The notes below the pieces were generated by a model. The model saw only the letters and a program-made list of their open reading frames with translations, was not told the DNA's origin and did not search any database. The position numbers and the translations under genes were made by a program. From Tubulanus polymorphus (Eukaryota > Animalia > Nemertea), in contig NC_134028.1 of the NCBI RefSeq assembly GCF_964204645.1, positions 16,685,653 through 16,749,652 on the forward strand: DNA of 64,000 bases. The letters are read 5' to 3'. Below, piece by piece: positions 50,038-63,759 of this stretch; positions within the stretch are counted from its first letter, which is position 1; every line of letters begins with the position of its first letter.

Positions 50038-50208
50038 GCGTCTATTATACCCCTTAAAACACCATCAACTTCCCTCAAACTGCTACTACAATCGTCAAAA
50101 GCTACTAAGGATTAAAAATTTATGCACAAACAATAGTTAACTTCCATCTGATTACAGAACAGTCAGTTTGAGGTAAGTTGATGGTGTTTTAAGGGGTGAA
50201 ATAGACGC
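50038..50208. mobile_element. palindromic MITE
   Basis: GCGTCTATTATACCCCTTAAAACACCATCAACTT...AAGTTGATGGTGTTTTAAGGGGTGAAATAGACGC. Confidence 0.7.
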
Positions 50209-50283
50209 TATGAGGGACGAAAATTAACCTTAAATGAGCACTTTCGCCCTAGACATTGTGTTAGGAACAACGGCTAGGTACTT

Positions 50284-51547
50284 ATGTCTATTTATTGATT
50301 GATGAGACCTGTTTTTCTGGGATATTTTGCTTACTTTTTGGGGAACATACCTCATTTATGTCTTAACAGAATGCCAAAAATCGCGGACAACAACTGAATA
50401 TCCGATATATTTCCAGTTCTGTAGGCCTACCAATTAGATGGATTGGCAAAAAGACTCCTTAAGTCCAGTTGAATGAGAGAGAAAATCCTCCATTTTGTCA
50501 AATTTCTTGGATTTGAACATTGTTACCATGCCTACGCCACCCTGATTTCAGGGATGAGAACGCCGACCTGTAAAATTCGCGGGTTTTTTTTCTTGAGTTA
50601 CACACGCGAACAAGTTGACGGCATAGCCGTCAGCACTAGCGAGCGCCGTAGGCGCGAAGCTATTTCGGGAGGTTTGGCGGCCCTCCCCCAAGAAAATTTT
50701 AGAAATTAAATGCGTTTTCCGAGCACTTAGAGCGATCTTGAACCCATGAACGACTATTATATTTTGGAAGGTAATGGCTAGTTCCAATGTGGTACATCCT
50801 CATTCGATGACATTCAACATCTCATGCAATATGGGTCGAGCCCTGAATTATTGCAGTAAATATGCGCCGATGAATGCTCACTAAAAATCATCACCCAGTA
50901 GTGTATAATATCCGAAGACGTTCGCCACACACGCGCGGCAACAGTAAGTAGGCCTATATACATTACTACTGAACCGCGCGTGCGGCAACCGATCGATAAA
51001 ATACATACACACTCATCAAGATCGTAGTACAAATGTAGATACAAAATCACCGTGTTGCAATGAATATGCATTGAAATACGATACTTTTACGTGACGATGA
51101 GTAAAACAGGCACTGAACGCTTTTACAGTTCACCTGATTACCGATCGCGCCGGACCAATTGAGTGAGATCATCCCCCCCATACTTTTACATCATTTTTGG
51201 ACTATTTGGAAAATTGATATTTTTCAATACCGAAATCTGCGGGAAATTCTCATCCCTGTGATTTAGTTGTTGAGACCCCACAAGAAAAATAACTTCATTT
51301 CGTAGGCATGGCGACAATGTAAAAATTCAAGAAATTTCACAAAATGGAGGATTTTCTCTCTCATTCAACTGGACTTAAGGAGTCTTTTTGCCAATCCAGC
51401 TAATTGGTACAGAACTGGAAATATATCGGATATTCAGTTGTTGTCCACGATTTTTGGCATTCTGTTAAGACATAAATTAGGTATGTACCCCAAAAAGTAA
51501 GCAAAATATCCAAGAAAAACAGGTCTCATCAATTAATAAATAGACAT
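50284..51547. mobile_element. foldback/MITE with about 250-bp inverted arms
   Basis: 50284-50536 is an inverted copy of 51301-51547. Confidence 0.85.
50549..51258. mobile_element. TIR element with a 6-bp TSD (hAT-like), nested in the foldback
   Basis: CAGGGATGAGAA ... TTCTCATCCCTG; TSD TGATTT on both sides. Confidence 0.75.
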
Positions 51548-51857
51548 TAGACTACAGATATAGGAGCGTAGTCTGTCTTTATTTAGGCCTATAGTATAGT
51601 TAAACGACGTACGTACGTGCGTGCGTTGATTGTTGAATGATGGGTAAATAAATTCATCATAAAACCTGGGGGAATATCATATCGGAAGTAGGAATAACAT
51701 ATCCCTGGTAATTACTCATTATCTTTTTCATTCCACGTACTATTAGGACCCCTTAAAAGCATTTTGAGACTACTAACTTAACTAACTTAATCACAACAGT
51801 CTTACGCCGCACAATACTGCCCACACGTGTATATTTCGGCTATTACCAACGAAGTGA

Positions 51858-52528
51858 CTATTTCAGATGACTCAAAACCAGACCGTTCCGTCTATAGATA
51901 GTATAACGGATTAGCGTTTTACATTAGCATGTTGAATGACATATAGGCATAGCCTATATGGCGATATAGGCATAGCCTATATGGCGGACAATTCGACATT
52001 GTCTGCGCTGTCATCTACTGACTGTAGTGATTTTAAGGCCGCCCAGAATGCAATTAAAGAGTATAGCATTAGGTGTTGCAATGTTACCTGCAATATGTGG
52101 GCGTACATACTAGCGCCGAGCTTATCTTTAACAAAATGTTTTGAGGACTGAATGTGTCGTAACATTTGTTGTGCAAATCTATTTCACTGAAGCAAAAAAT
52201 AAATATATAAATAAATATATGCCAATATAGTTCTTCTTTTCTGTTGTCTCTTGTTTTTTCTTTCTCTAATTTTACAAAGGCTTGTGTGGAATTTTGGGAT
52301 TTGGAAGTCGCCTCCCTTCCCTCCAGGGAAAGCCTTTTAAAAATCGGACCTAATAAATCAATCCACAGTACACTGAGGTAAGTGGGACTCGAATCCAATG
52401 AGATCTTCCATTTGTATATTATATGGATCAATAAAATTAAAGTTCAAGTTCATTTGTTGATGGTATAAAATCCGAACTATACAGACGAAACGAAAAATAG
52501 GAACCTGGTTTTGAGTCATCTGAAATAG
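51858..52528. mobile_element. element with 24-bp perfect inverted repeats
   Basis: CTATTTCAGATGACTCAAAACCAG / CTGGTTTTGAGTCATCTGAAATAG. Confidence 0.6.
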
Positions 52529-52578
52529 CCAATTCCCAAACCTTTACAAGACGGGGTTCACCGTACTCATTGTTTGTA

Positions 52579-53621
52579 TAGACTGGTTACCGGTCTCTAT
52601 CTTCAATTAGAGACCGGTTGTGCCCATCCTCCATTTTACATTTTCGATGCATGTCAAATAAGGTCAAACATGTAAAGTAGCAAGTTACTTCCTGGTTAAG
52701 ATGGCGTCTCTTCGAATCTGCTTAGCTTCGAGCGATATCAAAATTGCCCTTTACAATGGACGGAAAGACATTAATTGCTGTAAGTATCAGATAAATCCGC
52801 TGATACTTTACCTGGTACTCGGAATACAAACTAACAAGGATCGAAATCTAATGCGAGGTGAGCTCTGCCGCTACCGTCACTGAATACACTATACAGAACA
52901 TTCTGAAGGAACAGGGGACATCCTTTCTATATCTACCGTTCGTGAGATGTATTTAGTGAATTGATGTTTTAATACAGTGTTGTAAAATGACTATATTAAG
53001 TATCTGAATAAAGTTGTTGAAATCCTTAGTGCTTTGTGAGATCAGATATTTGGATCCACCTCTGCCTTCTGATTTCCTGATACAGACAGCAAGTTGGGAC
53101 TGTCAAATTAAGAGACTTGGTCAAGACAAGATACTCAGATCACACTGGAAATTCGCAATATCCTCTCTCCTCATGGACCACACAATGTCTATGTTGACTT
53201 TGCTAGAAATCGATTATAAAATTCATCACGACCAATTCTTTTTCACTGAATTCAATATTTATTGTTCACTTCTGGTACACAATCTTGTTCAGCCCCTGAC
53301 AAGAGAATAAGCAATTGACAAGAGAATAAGCAATGACTCTACGTATTTCATGACATAGAACAGTAGTTTTTTTTTCATCGACAAATTGGGACGATCCTGA
53401 TATCCCTGATTTGAATGATAGTATCTTTAGAATCATAAAGACCATGTCTCGACCAGACAGATAGTCCAATCACAATTCAAATAGAAGGCTCGCTAGTGCA
53501 GTTATTCACAGAATCCAGCTCTTTTAACCTCATCAGTTTATCAGATCGTGAGCAGTGGAGAAATGCAGTACACAACATCTTGGCGCAGCGGCGCTTGCTG
53601 ATGTAACTGATGATGATTGAT

Positions 53622-53674
<53 letters not shown>

Positions 53675-56673
53675 TTGACGATGACGATGACGATGACGAT
53701 GATTGATGACGATGATGATGATTGATGATGACGATGACGATGACGATGATGATGATGGAGTTTATCAGAATCAAGGAGTTTCACCGCCTGTTATTTGGAA
53801 TCTCATTTCACGACAGCTAGTGCTGATTCTTTATTCTTTTCGATTACTGCATGATGTTATCATTCTTAAATTAAAATACATATCACACTTACAATTAATC
53901 TGGATTGACTTTACAATTAATGGTTCAGAATCCATTTTTCAAACTTACCTTGATGTATTGCAATCTATTCTTTTCATGTTGAGCTAATTTGATACGCATT
54001 ACTTCAATTTCTTAAAACATCCTACGAGTTGTGACTAACAAAATCATCACTAAAACGCTCACAATAATCTACAATAGATAATCAATATAGTGTTTGTGAA
54101 ATAGCACTCATATTCAATGTTCACATTTTTACGAAGTAAGTAGGTGAAGTTACGTTGTTGATGTCATTATTTTCACTGGATCAACTGCTGATGTCCAATG
54201 TCACATTAAGAACAATCAATCAATATCGCCTCGAGTGAACAAACAAGTAGCCTCTGCTGCAAGGTTCAGTATGTCAGTAGTGGTATAGTAGTATTGTATG
54301 TATTGTTGTTGACGACCGGTAGGTTTTGACGGCGCTGTCACGCAGCCATCCTGAATTGAACACCGATATTTTCGGTACCACACGCTAAACAAAAGCCTGC
54401 AGAAGCGTTACCTGGCAGTTTTAATGGAATTTCTTTCTTCATTGGTATAAAAAATGACTTTAAAGAGGTCCATGGAACGTAAATCGAGACACAGTGTAGG
54501 CGGCCATGTTACATTTTTCACGTGATGAAATACTGAAATCTGATTGGATCCGTGAAATCCGCGGAAGATGGCGGACGGGCAAAACCTAGACTGGTTACCG
54601 GTCTCTATCTTCAATTAGAGACCGGTTGTGCCCATCCTCCATTTTACATTTTCGATGCATGTCAAATAAGGTCAAACATGTAAAGTAGCAAGCTACTTCC
54701 TGGTTAAGATGGCGTCTCTTCTAATCTGCTTAGCTTCGAGCGATATCAAAATTGTCCTTAGCAATGGACGGAAAGACCTTAATTGCTTAAGTATCAGATC
54801 AATCCGCTGATAATTTACCTGGTACTCGGAATACAAACTAATAAGGGTCGAAATCTAATGCTTGGTGACTCTGCCGCGACCGTCACTGAATACAGAACAT
54901 TCTGAAGGAACAGGGGACATCCTTTCTACCGTTCGTGAGATGTATTTAGTGAATTGATGTTTTAATACGGTGTTGTAAAATGACTATATTTAGTATCTGA
55001 ATAAAGTTTACAATTCTTTAACCCCTTAGTGCTTTGTGAGATCAGATATTTGGATCCACCTCAGCTTACTGATTTCCTGATACAGACAGCAAGTTGGGAC
55101 AGTCAAATTAAGAGACTTGGTCAAGACAAGTTACTCAGATCACACTGGAAATTCGCAATATCCTCTCTTCTCAGGGACCACACAATGTCAATGTTGACTT
55201 TGCTAGAAATCGATTATAAAATTCATCACGACCAATTCTTTTTCACTGAATCCAATATTTATTGTTCACTTCTGGTACAAAATCTTGTTCAGCCCCTGAC
55301 AAGAGAATAAGCAATTGACAAGAGAATAAGCAATGACATTACGTATTTCATGACATAGAACAGTAGTTTTTTTTCTTTGACAAATTGGGACGATCCTGAT
55401 ATGCCTGATTTGAATGATAGTGTCTTTAGAATCATAAAGACCATGTCTCGACAAGACAGATAATCCAATCACAATTCAAATTGAAGGCTGGCTAGTGCAG
55501 TTATTCACAGAATCCAGCTCTTTAAACCTCATCAGTTTATCAGATCGTGAGCAGAGGAGAAATAAAGTACACAATATCTTGGCGCAGCGGCGCTTGCTAA
55601 TGTAACTGATGATGATGAGTTTATCAGAATCAAGGAGTTTCACCGCCTGTTATTTGGAATCTCATTTCATGACAGCTAGTGCTGATTCTTTATTGTCTTT
55701 GATTACTGCATGATGTTGTCATTCTGAAATTAAAAAACATATCACTTACAATTAAACCTGGATTGACTTTACAATTAATGATTCAGAATCCATTTTTCAA
55801 ACTTACCTTGACTTGATGCATTGCAATCTATTCTTTTCATGTTGAGCTAATTTGACACGCATTACTTCAATTTCTTAAAACATCCTACGAGTTGTGACTC
55901 ACAAAATCATCACTAAAACGCTCACAATAATCTACAATAGATAATCAATATAGTGTTTCTTAAATAGCACTCATATTCAATCAATGTTCACATTTTTACG
56001 AAGAAGTAAGTAAGTAGGTGAAGTTACCTTGTTGATGACTTTATTTTCACTGGATCAACTGCTGATATACAATGACACATAAAGAACAATGAATCAATCG
56101 CCTCGAGTGAACAAACAAGTAGCCTCTGCTGCAAGATTCAGTACGTCAGTAGTGGTATAGTAGTATTCTATGTATTGTTGTTTCAATCCACCAGTCCAAA
56201 TTGCTGATTGACGACCGGTAAGTTTTGACGGCGCTTTCACGCAGCCATCATGAATTGAATACCGACATTTTCGGTACCACACGCTAAACAAGTGCCTGCA
56301 GGCGTTACCTGGCAGTTTTAACGGAATTTCTTTCTTCATTGGTATAAAAAATGACTTTAAAGAGGTCCATGGAACGTAAATCGAGACACAGTGTAGGCGG
56401 CCATGTTACATTGTTCACGTGATGAAATACTGAAATCTGATTGGATCCGTAAAATCCGCGGAAGATGGCGGACGGGCAAAACCTGTCCGATATTGAATGG
56501 GACAGGCAACCAGTCTTATTGTTTGTATTTATTTAGACTGGTCGCCTGTCCAATTCTGTGCTAGACTGGTCGCCTGTCCAATTCAATATTAGACTGGTAA
56601 CCGGTCTCTATCTTCAATTAGAGACCGGTTGTGCCCATCCTCCATTCTACATTCTTGATGCATGTCAAATAAA
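52579..56673. repeat. about 2-kb head-to-tail tandem repeat (two copies plus the start of a third) of a probable TIR element
   Basis: Unit starts TAGACTGGTTACCGGTCTCTATC at 52579, 54587 and about 56590; inverted terminus GACAGGCAACCAGTCT at about 56501-56516. Confidence 0.88.
53609..53757. repeat. (GAT/GAC)n microsatellite
   Basis: GATGAC/GATGAT run, present only in the first 2-kb unit. Confidence 0.92.
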
Positions 56674-56778
56674 AAAATGACGTCACTTGACGTCCGATTT
56701 GAATCTAATGGGGGAAATCGGAAGTAGAATTACGTCGTGAAATAACGGATAAAATCCGGAACTTATGGATCGGGTGAC

Positions 56779-57401
56779 GGTTCAACTCCAGAATAGGTCA
56801 ATATAGTTCTGTCGTGGAGGGTTTTCTTTAATGAAGTGAGTGGTTCGGTTCCCGATTGTCGACCGATTCTACTCGTCGACAATGTCGACAACCCCGATTG
56901 TCGACCGATTCTACTCGTCGACAATGTCTACAACCCTGATTGTAGACCATTTGTACTCGTCGACAATGTCTACAACCCTGATTGTCGAGTAAAATCGGTC
57001 GACAATCAGGATTCTAGACATTGTCGACGAGTACAAATGGTCGAAAATCAGGGTTGTAGACATTGTCGACGAATAGAATCGGATGACAATCAGGGTTGTA
57101 GACATTGTCGACGAGTAAAAATGGTCTACAATCAGGTGTGTAGACATTGTCGACGAGTAAAAATGGTCTACAATCAGGGTTGTCGACATTGTCGACGAGT
57201 ACAATTGGTCAACAATTAGGGTTGCAAACATAGTCGACGAGTAGAATCGGTCGACATTTAGGATTGTAGACATTGTCGACGAGTAAAATCGGTCGACGGT
57301 TAGAATCAGTCGAATACAGTCCATGCGGATTAATCTCAAATACCAGTCCGCTGTGATTAGATTCTGCGCAGATCTACTTTTACCTGTTCTGGAGTTGAGC
57401 C
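56779..57401. mobile_element. TIR element with an 8-bp TSD, containing opposed arrays of a 42-bp GTCGAC-rich unit
   Basis: GGTTCAACTCCAGAATAGG / CCTGTTCTGGAGTTGAGCC; flanks CGGGTGAC / CGGGTGAT. About 3 units run forward (56851-56985), then about 7 are inverted (56990-57297). Confidence 0.8.
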
Positions 57402-58794
57402 CGGGTGATTTCAGAATTTATTCATTTTGTGATATTTAGAACAAGATTGGGTTGTTGAATAGTGTAACCATGAACCGCGTTGATGGAACGAGCTGAAAAA
57501 GGCTGAAATCCCTTAGCAACGGGAGCGAATTCAAAATAACAAACAACGCCCGCCGCGGTTCGGCGCCGCAGGTTCGAATCCCGGTGTGAATTATGCTCGC
57601 GCGCGGAGCAGTCAATCCCAAGCCACGGCACTAAAGAAACGTTTATTTCATAAAATTTTTATGACCTTAAAACTGCGGTTAGAGATGCGTTAGAGTCGTA
57701 CGATTTACTCAAAATTTCACGGCAGCTCGCGGCCCGCATCGCATATCGGCACGTCTCGCTCGTGCAGCAGCAGCAGCAGCAGCAACATCGCGGTCGGCAA
57801 AAACATTAGTCTCCACCCCGGAATTCGGTACCGCTGGCCACGTGCACTGTTTATTTTGAGCCGTAGATTCCCGGTACTTGATATTCACGGAGGATCAGAA
57901 ACAAATAAATATTTTTTCGCAAGAGAAATCAATTTTTGTATTGACATATGCATTTTCCTGCTGTATTTAATTCGATTTTTTTCTGCCAGAAAAACATTTT
58001 CCGATTGATTTCACGCGTTCCATTTTTTCATGGTACCGTAATTAGAAAATTCGTAGTAATCTTCTCGTCTTCCTATTTTCAAATGGAGCTAATTTCTAAA
58101 TTAACAACCAGGTCAAAATTCTTCAATCTTGCAAAATACCGTACCGGTATCAGCTTCACCATGTCCATGGTACATTATTGTTTTACAAAGTTTAAACCAT
58201 ATCAAATTCTTCATACATTTTAGTAAATCGAAATAGTAATCTTTTAGCAGACAGTGGTAAACAGACCTAGGTTATATTTAATTATACAAGAAATGTTTCA
58301 AGTTTTTTTCTTGCAGAAAATTTAATTTCATTTGATCTGTTTCCTCATAATTTTCTAATCTTATGAGCCCAAATTTCAGAAATGAATCAAACCTTCGAGT
58401 TACAGTTTTCTTCTTTCCATCCAACCCTTAACTCTGTGGCATAAGTTTTCAATTTTCTAAGTTTTAACTGAACATTGATTTAATTTCTTAATTAATTTAA
58501 TGCTTTGGGCCCAAATCTACAGTACGATTTCAATATGATACTAAATTGGAGTTATTTTCTTTCCAGTTTCATTGACAACATTAAGTGTGTTCCTTACTAA
58601 AGTCACCGACAATATTTTGAGTGTTTTCGTTACACCCGTATACGAGAATGAGCTTGTTTTCGGTCAATTGCTATAAGCTTATGATTTCTTCTTCTTCTTC
58701 CGTTTACTGTCAGCATCAACTTGTTGATGAATATTACAGTTTTCGAGTGTGCGAGGAGGAATAAATATAAGTATCAGGGAGAAATTTAAAGGAT

Positions 58795-60215
58795 ATTTTT
58801 TTGTTTTTTTTTTGTTTTAATTAAAATAGCCATGAATATACTATTGGCTAAGGAGAGCAGCCTTGAAGCTTGCAAGGTTGCCGACTGACAGCAGGTCTGC
58901 AGGGAGTCCACTCTCGGATAGTGCGAGGGAAGAACGACTGCTTCCTGGTTTTTCCTGGTTTATGTACGCTGGTACTTGACTTGAAACATTCTTTCGTGTC
59001 CTCTGGTCTGGCGTACTGGAGCAGTGAGACGTTCACTGTTGTCGACTTGTGAGATTATTGGCATACTTGTCCATCAGGGTTAGTCTTGCCTCCTTCCTTC
59101 TCTGCTGTAATGGTTTCCAGTTTAGTTCGGACAGCATGTCTGTTACACTTGACCGGTTGTGATAGCGGTTACTGACGTACCTGGCTGCTCTCCGCAGTAC
59201 CATCTCCAGGCGGTGGATGTCTGTCTTGGTATGGGGGTCCCAGACCGAGCTGGCGTATTCGACGAGCGGTCTTACTAGCGACTTGTAGGCCGCCTCCTTG
59301 ACGTGTTTCGAGCTGATGTTTACGTTCCGTTTAAGGAATCATATTGTGCGATTGGCTTTGCTACATAGAGACCTGACATGCGGCGACCAGTTTAAGTTAT
59401 TGGAGATCGTTACGCCCAGGTACTTGGCCGACTGCACGTGACTTAGGATGTGGTTCCGCCGTGTGTAAGGGTATGCTGTTGCTCGTCCTTTTTTATGATG
59501 AGGACATGGCATTTTTCAGGGTGAAATGCCATGAGCCACCGGTCTTCCCATTCCGCTAGTTGGTTTAAATCTTGTTGTAGTATGTCTGCGTCTTGCTAGG
59601 ATGAGACAGTGAGATAGGCCAATGTGTCCAATGTGTCATCCGCGAATAGCCTAGCTGTTGAGTGGATATTGTCTGGGATGTCGTTAATGTAATAAAGGAA
59701 TAGGCTCGGCCCCAGTACTGATCCTTGCGGTACACCTGATTCAACGCTAACGGGGTTTGATGACTCTCCTGAGGCTACTACTGTCTGCATACGATTGGCG
59801 AGGAAAGCTTGGATCCAGGCATTTGTTTTCCCTGTGATACCATATCTTCTCAGTTTTTCCACTAGTAACTGGTGACTCACATTATCAAATGCCTTACTAA
59901 AGTCCAATATGATGCAGTCTGTCTGTTTACCGGCCCCCATGTTGAGGGTTGCATCGTCAATGAACTCTGTCAATTGGGTCTCACGTGACAGTGCACTGCA
60001 GAATCCGTGCTGCATCTTGTAGAGTATGTTGTGTGTCTCTCCATGTTTCATGATGCTGCTCGTTAATGATGTGTTCTAGAATTGTACAACATATACATGT
60101 CAGTGAGATAGGGCGATAATTCTCGGCTGCGTACTTCTCTCCTTTTTTGAAGATAGGAGCAACGTTTGCTCGGCGCCAGTCTGTTGGTAATTCTGATGAG
60201 TCATACGATTCCCTG
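58795..60215 (-). mobile_element. 5'-truncated CR1-like LINE, decayed ORF2
   Basis: LPTDWRRANVAPIFKKG..NYRPISLT, QHGF, LDFSKAFD, GVPQGSVLGP, LFADD, SFFPRTIREW; A-rich tail near 58795-58818. Confidence 0.92.
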
Positions 60216-63200
60216 AATGGCGAGACGCAGGCTCGAACGGAGTAAAACATAACTGAGGATGAGAGGCAGGCGGAATGAACAGAACGGATTTCTGTCTATC
60301 GTATAACAATAGTTTATTCGATTTCTTGACAGACTTAATCTCGAATCATCGACACGTTCAGTAAACCCGGAGAAACAGTGCCACACAATATGTGGAGACA
60401 ATGTACAGTGTCAATACCAAACAAACTAATTATCAAAATAAACTAATACAAACAACTACATATAAAATTAACTACATGTAATACTACGAAATGCGCGTTC
60501 AACGAAACATCCTTCCCCCGATGGGAGCTATCAAGCTGTCATCTTAGAAACCTTCTACAGGGTAAATCACCGCTAATTTTGTTACTGGTCTAAAATACTC
60601 GCAGGTAGAAGTTTTATTACTCACATTACGAACTCTACCGTCACTGCCTGGGAGGACCTGTTGTACTCTCCCAAGACACCATTTGCCTCGCAACGCGTTC
60701 GGCTCAACCAAGGCAACAATGTCACCAACGCATACATTTCTTCAACGAATTCTACTCTATGCCTAGGATTCTTAGTTTGCCTGAACGGTCCCTGAGGAAC
60801 TTCTGTCGACGACCTGCCGAGCAGTATGTCATTAGGACAGATGTATCTTCCATTGGATCGTTTGGGGTTCTCCCTATAGGACGCTGGTTCACTAAATTTG
60901 CCGCTTCTAGAAATACTGTGTACAGTTCGAAAGGCGTTAACGCTTGCGAACCGACGGCTTTCTTTATAGCCTGTTTACAACTTTTGACGAGCGATTCCGC
61001 GCACCCGTTTTGATGAGGTGCTCCCGGAGTACTGAACTTCCATACAATCTTCCTATCCGCGCAATACTGTTAGAGTTGTTCATCATTCCAACCATCTATC
61101 ATTGCCTTTAATTCCCTATTCACACGTACGAACTGTGTTCCGTTATCACTTATAATCATTGCTGGATAGCCACGTAACGAGAAAAACCTACGTAACGCTT
61201 GCATGGATTCCATCGTAGAACAGTCAACTGCCAACTCTAAGTGCACGGCTCTGGTGTTAAGACAGGTGAATATAAATCCATAATGTTTCGCCGTTTTGCT
61301 CCTTCCAACTTTCACGGAAAAGGGACCAAAGTAATCGCAAGACGTATAATAGAACAGTGGCGAGAACGGGGCAAATCTCTCCTTAGGTAACTCGGCCATG
61401 AACTGCGTTTATCTTCTTTGCTCCAGTATGCGACATGTAATGCATCGATACTTCTCAGTTTTCGCTAGTCTATGTGCATGTAAGATCCAATATTTGCTTC
61501 GTACTTTAGCAACGGTCGTAGCTACTCCTGTATGTCCTCTTTGGTGGTAATTTCGAACCAGAAGTCGAGATATATGCTGTTCGGCAGGAAGTAGGATTGG
61601 ATTTTTCGCGTCGTACGAAGTGGCAGCTTTATCTATCCTGCCACCACCCTTTAAGATTCCTTTTCCATACCGAAAAGGACTCAAGGTCTTCAGACTGTCT
61701 ACGTTCATGGTCTTCTGTGCTTTCAACACCAAATATTCCTCGGCCTTTATTAGTTCCGAAGGAGTTATGACGTTACTCTCATCCTCTCGAACACATTTTC
61801 CACATTTTGCTTTAAGTCGTTGAATAAATCTGAACACATTAGCCGTTACCCTGACTAATCGTTTCCAATTGGTGAAACTTGAACATTCGATAACTGATTC
61901 CGTTCGCTCGATTCGTGTTGCTAAGACTGCTTGCGCTCGTTTCTTCTCATTGTCAGCAAATAATTTGTCTGCGCCCGCAGAACCAACGGTTACTGGCCAG
62001 TCATGTTCCGGCAATAGCAGGAACGCTGGTCCGTGTTTCCATCTCTTATCCAGATCCTCAACGGAAATACCTCTGGACACGTCATCATCACCTCTCCGGG
62101 GATATGTTTCCAATCCGATGGATCACAATTGCTCTGAATTTCTCCAACCCTGTTAGACACAAAGGGTTTGTATGATCTGGATTCATTTCGTATCCATTCA
62201 AGGACTATCATACTGTCGGTCATAAACACGACCTTCTGTATCTGTAAACGCGTTTCTTCGAGGATCGCTTTGTACAATCTACTCGCCATTACCACTGCTT
62301 GAAGTTCCAATCGAGGAATGGTTAATCCTCTCAACGGTGCAACTATTGACTTTGCCGCAATGAACCTCGCTCCATAAATGTCTCCAGATTCCCATCGTGT
62401 ATATACACAGGTACCGAATGCCTCTTCGGATGCGTCTGAGATACGCATAGTACAAGATTTGATACATTCCTCGGAGTGAGACATCGGTCAGTGTATATCG
62501 TACTAAGCTGTTGCATTTCTTCAAAGAATTTTTTCCAATCACTCTTGTCCGCCTCCGTCAACTATTCGTCCCACTCGAGACCTTTCTGCCACAACTTTTG
62601 CATGCCAATTTTGGTGCGAATCAAAAAGGCAGCTGCCATACCGATAAGATCGAAAATACTGGATATTTGGCTGAGTATCTCTCTTTTGGTATTGAAATCC
62701 ACTTTTCTATTGTCTACCTTGTAGCTAAGAGAATCGCTCCTGGTTTCCAGACAACGCCTAAGACCTTCTCTTCGACGTTTCCATTTGTACAATCTGATAG
62801 CGGTTCGTTCGGTCGTTATTCAGAGTTAGATAACCATCCATTCACTCGGAAACCTCCTGTCGACAGTACGTCATCCACCTCAGCTGTTAGCGCCCTTGCC
62901 TCGACTAGGGTATCAACCGAGTCACAGATATTGTCCATGTAGGTATTACTTAAAAGCACCTCTGCGGCTTTCGGCTATCGCTCTTTGGCTTCTATGGCCG
63001 TTTTACGTAACGCGGCCTGGGCCATCGCTGCGGCTGGTTTGTCTCCGAGTGGGAGGACCGACATAACGTAAACGTCTGGCTCCTTTTCCGCGTCAAACTG
63101 TCTCCATAAGAAGCGATGAACATGTTGATCTACCTCAGGTATCAGCACTCGATTATACATCTTCGATATATATGCCACCAGCGCAATTGACTTCTCGCGA

Positions 63201-63710
63201 AATCTAAAAATCACTCCGAACAGGTTGTTGAGCAAATCGGGGCCCTTCATCCAATAGTCATTCAACGAATGACCTTGAAATGCAGACGTATTGAAAGCAA
63301 TTATCAGCGGGGTACTAAACTTGTCCGGTCTCATAACTTCTCGATGGCATATGTAATGAATTGGACCCGTGTATTCATTAACCTCCGAATCTGTCAGCTT
63401 TCTAGCGAATTTTTCTTTTACCATCATTTCAATTTGGTCATTGTAGGCCCGAGCGTGTTCTGGAGTTCTTATGAGCCTTTCTTCTGTGGACTTACGCTTT
63501 CCGTTCAACTTGTTTTCTATTATCCGGTAAGGATGACGGATCCCTACGCCAAGGAAACGGGATCATCCACTGATTCCCGACCTTCTAACAAGACTGTACG
63601 ATCAGTTTAGCCTCTTCTCGTTCGACAGGGCTAATTTTATCACGTTTGCATGTACAATCCTTCATGGTGACTCCCATCGATTCGGTGGTCCAGAAGTTCC
63701 GCAAATCTAC
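60216..63710 (-). mobile_element. decayed BEL/Pao LTR retrotransposon (RT, RNase H, integrase, PPT, 3' LTR)
   Basis: SLND..GPDLLNNL, ISKMY, SDASEEAFG..IPRLELQA, DYFGP..TRAVHLE..SDNGTQF, GDIV..DGRVR. PPT GGGGGAAGGA followed by TGT near 60510. Many frameshifts. Confidence 0.93.
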
Positions 63711-63759
63711 TGGTCCTCCAGCGTTTAAGTCTACGTGGAGTATTCCCTTCTTCCCAGCT

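Noticed and set aside
53533-53987. His/Arg-, Ile/Val- and Asp-rich ORFs
   Set aside because: These are translations of the GAT/GAC microsatellite.
56836-57339. Cys-rich repeat ORFs (CRHCRR)
   Set aside because: These are translations of the 42-bp tandem array inside a TIR element.
57540-57600. tRNA-like B-box GGTTCGAATCCC
   Set aside because: No convincing A-box or cloverleaf could be built; at most a decayed SINE head.
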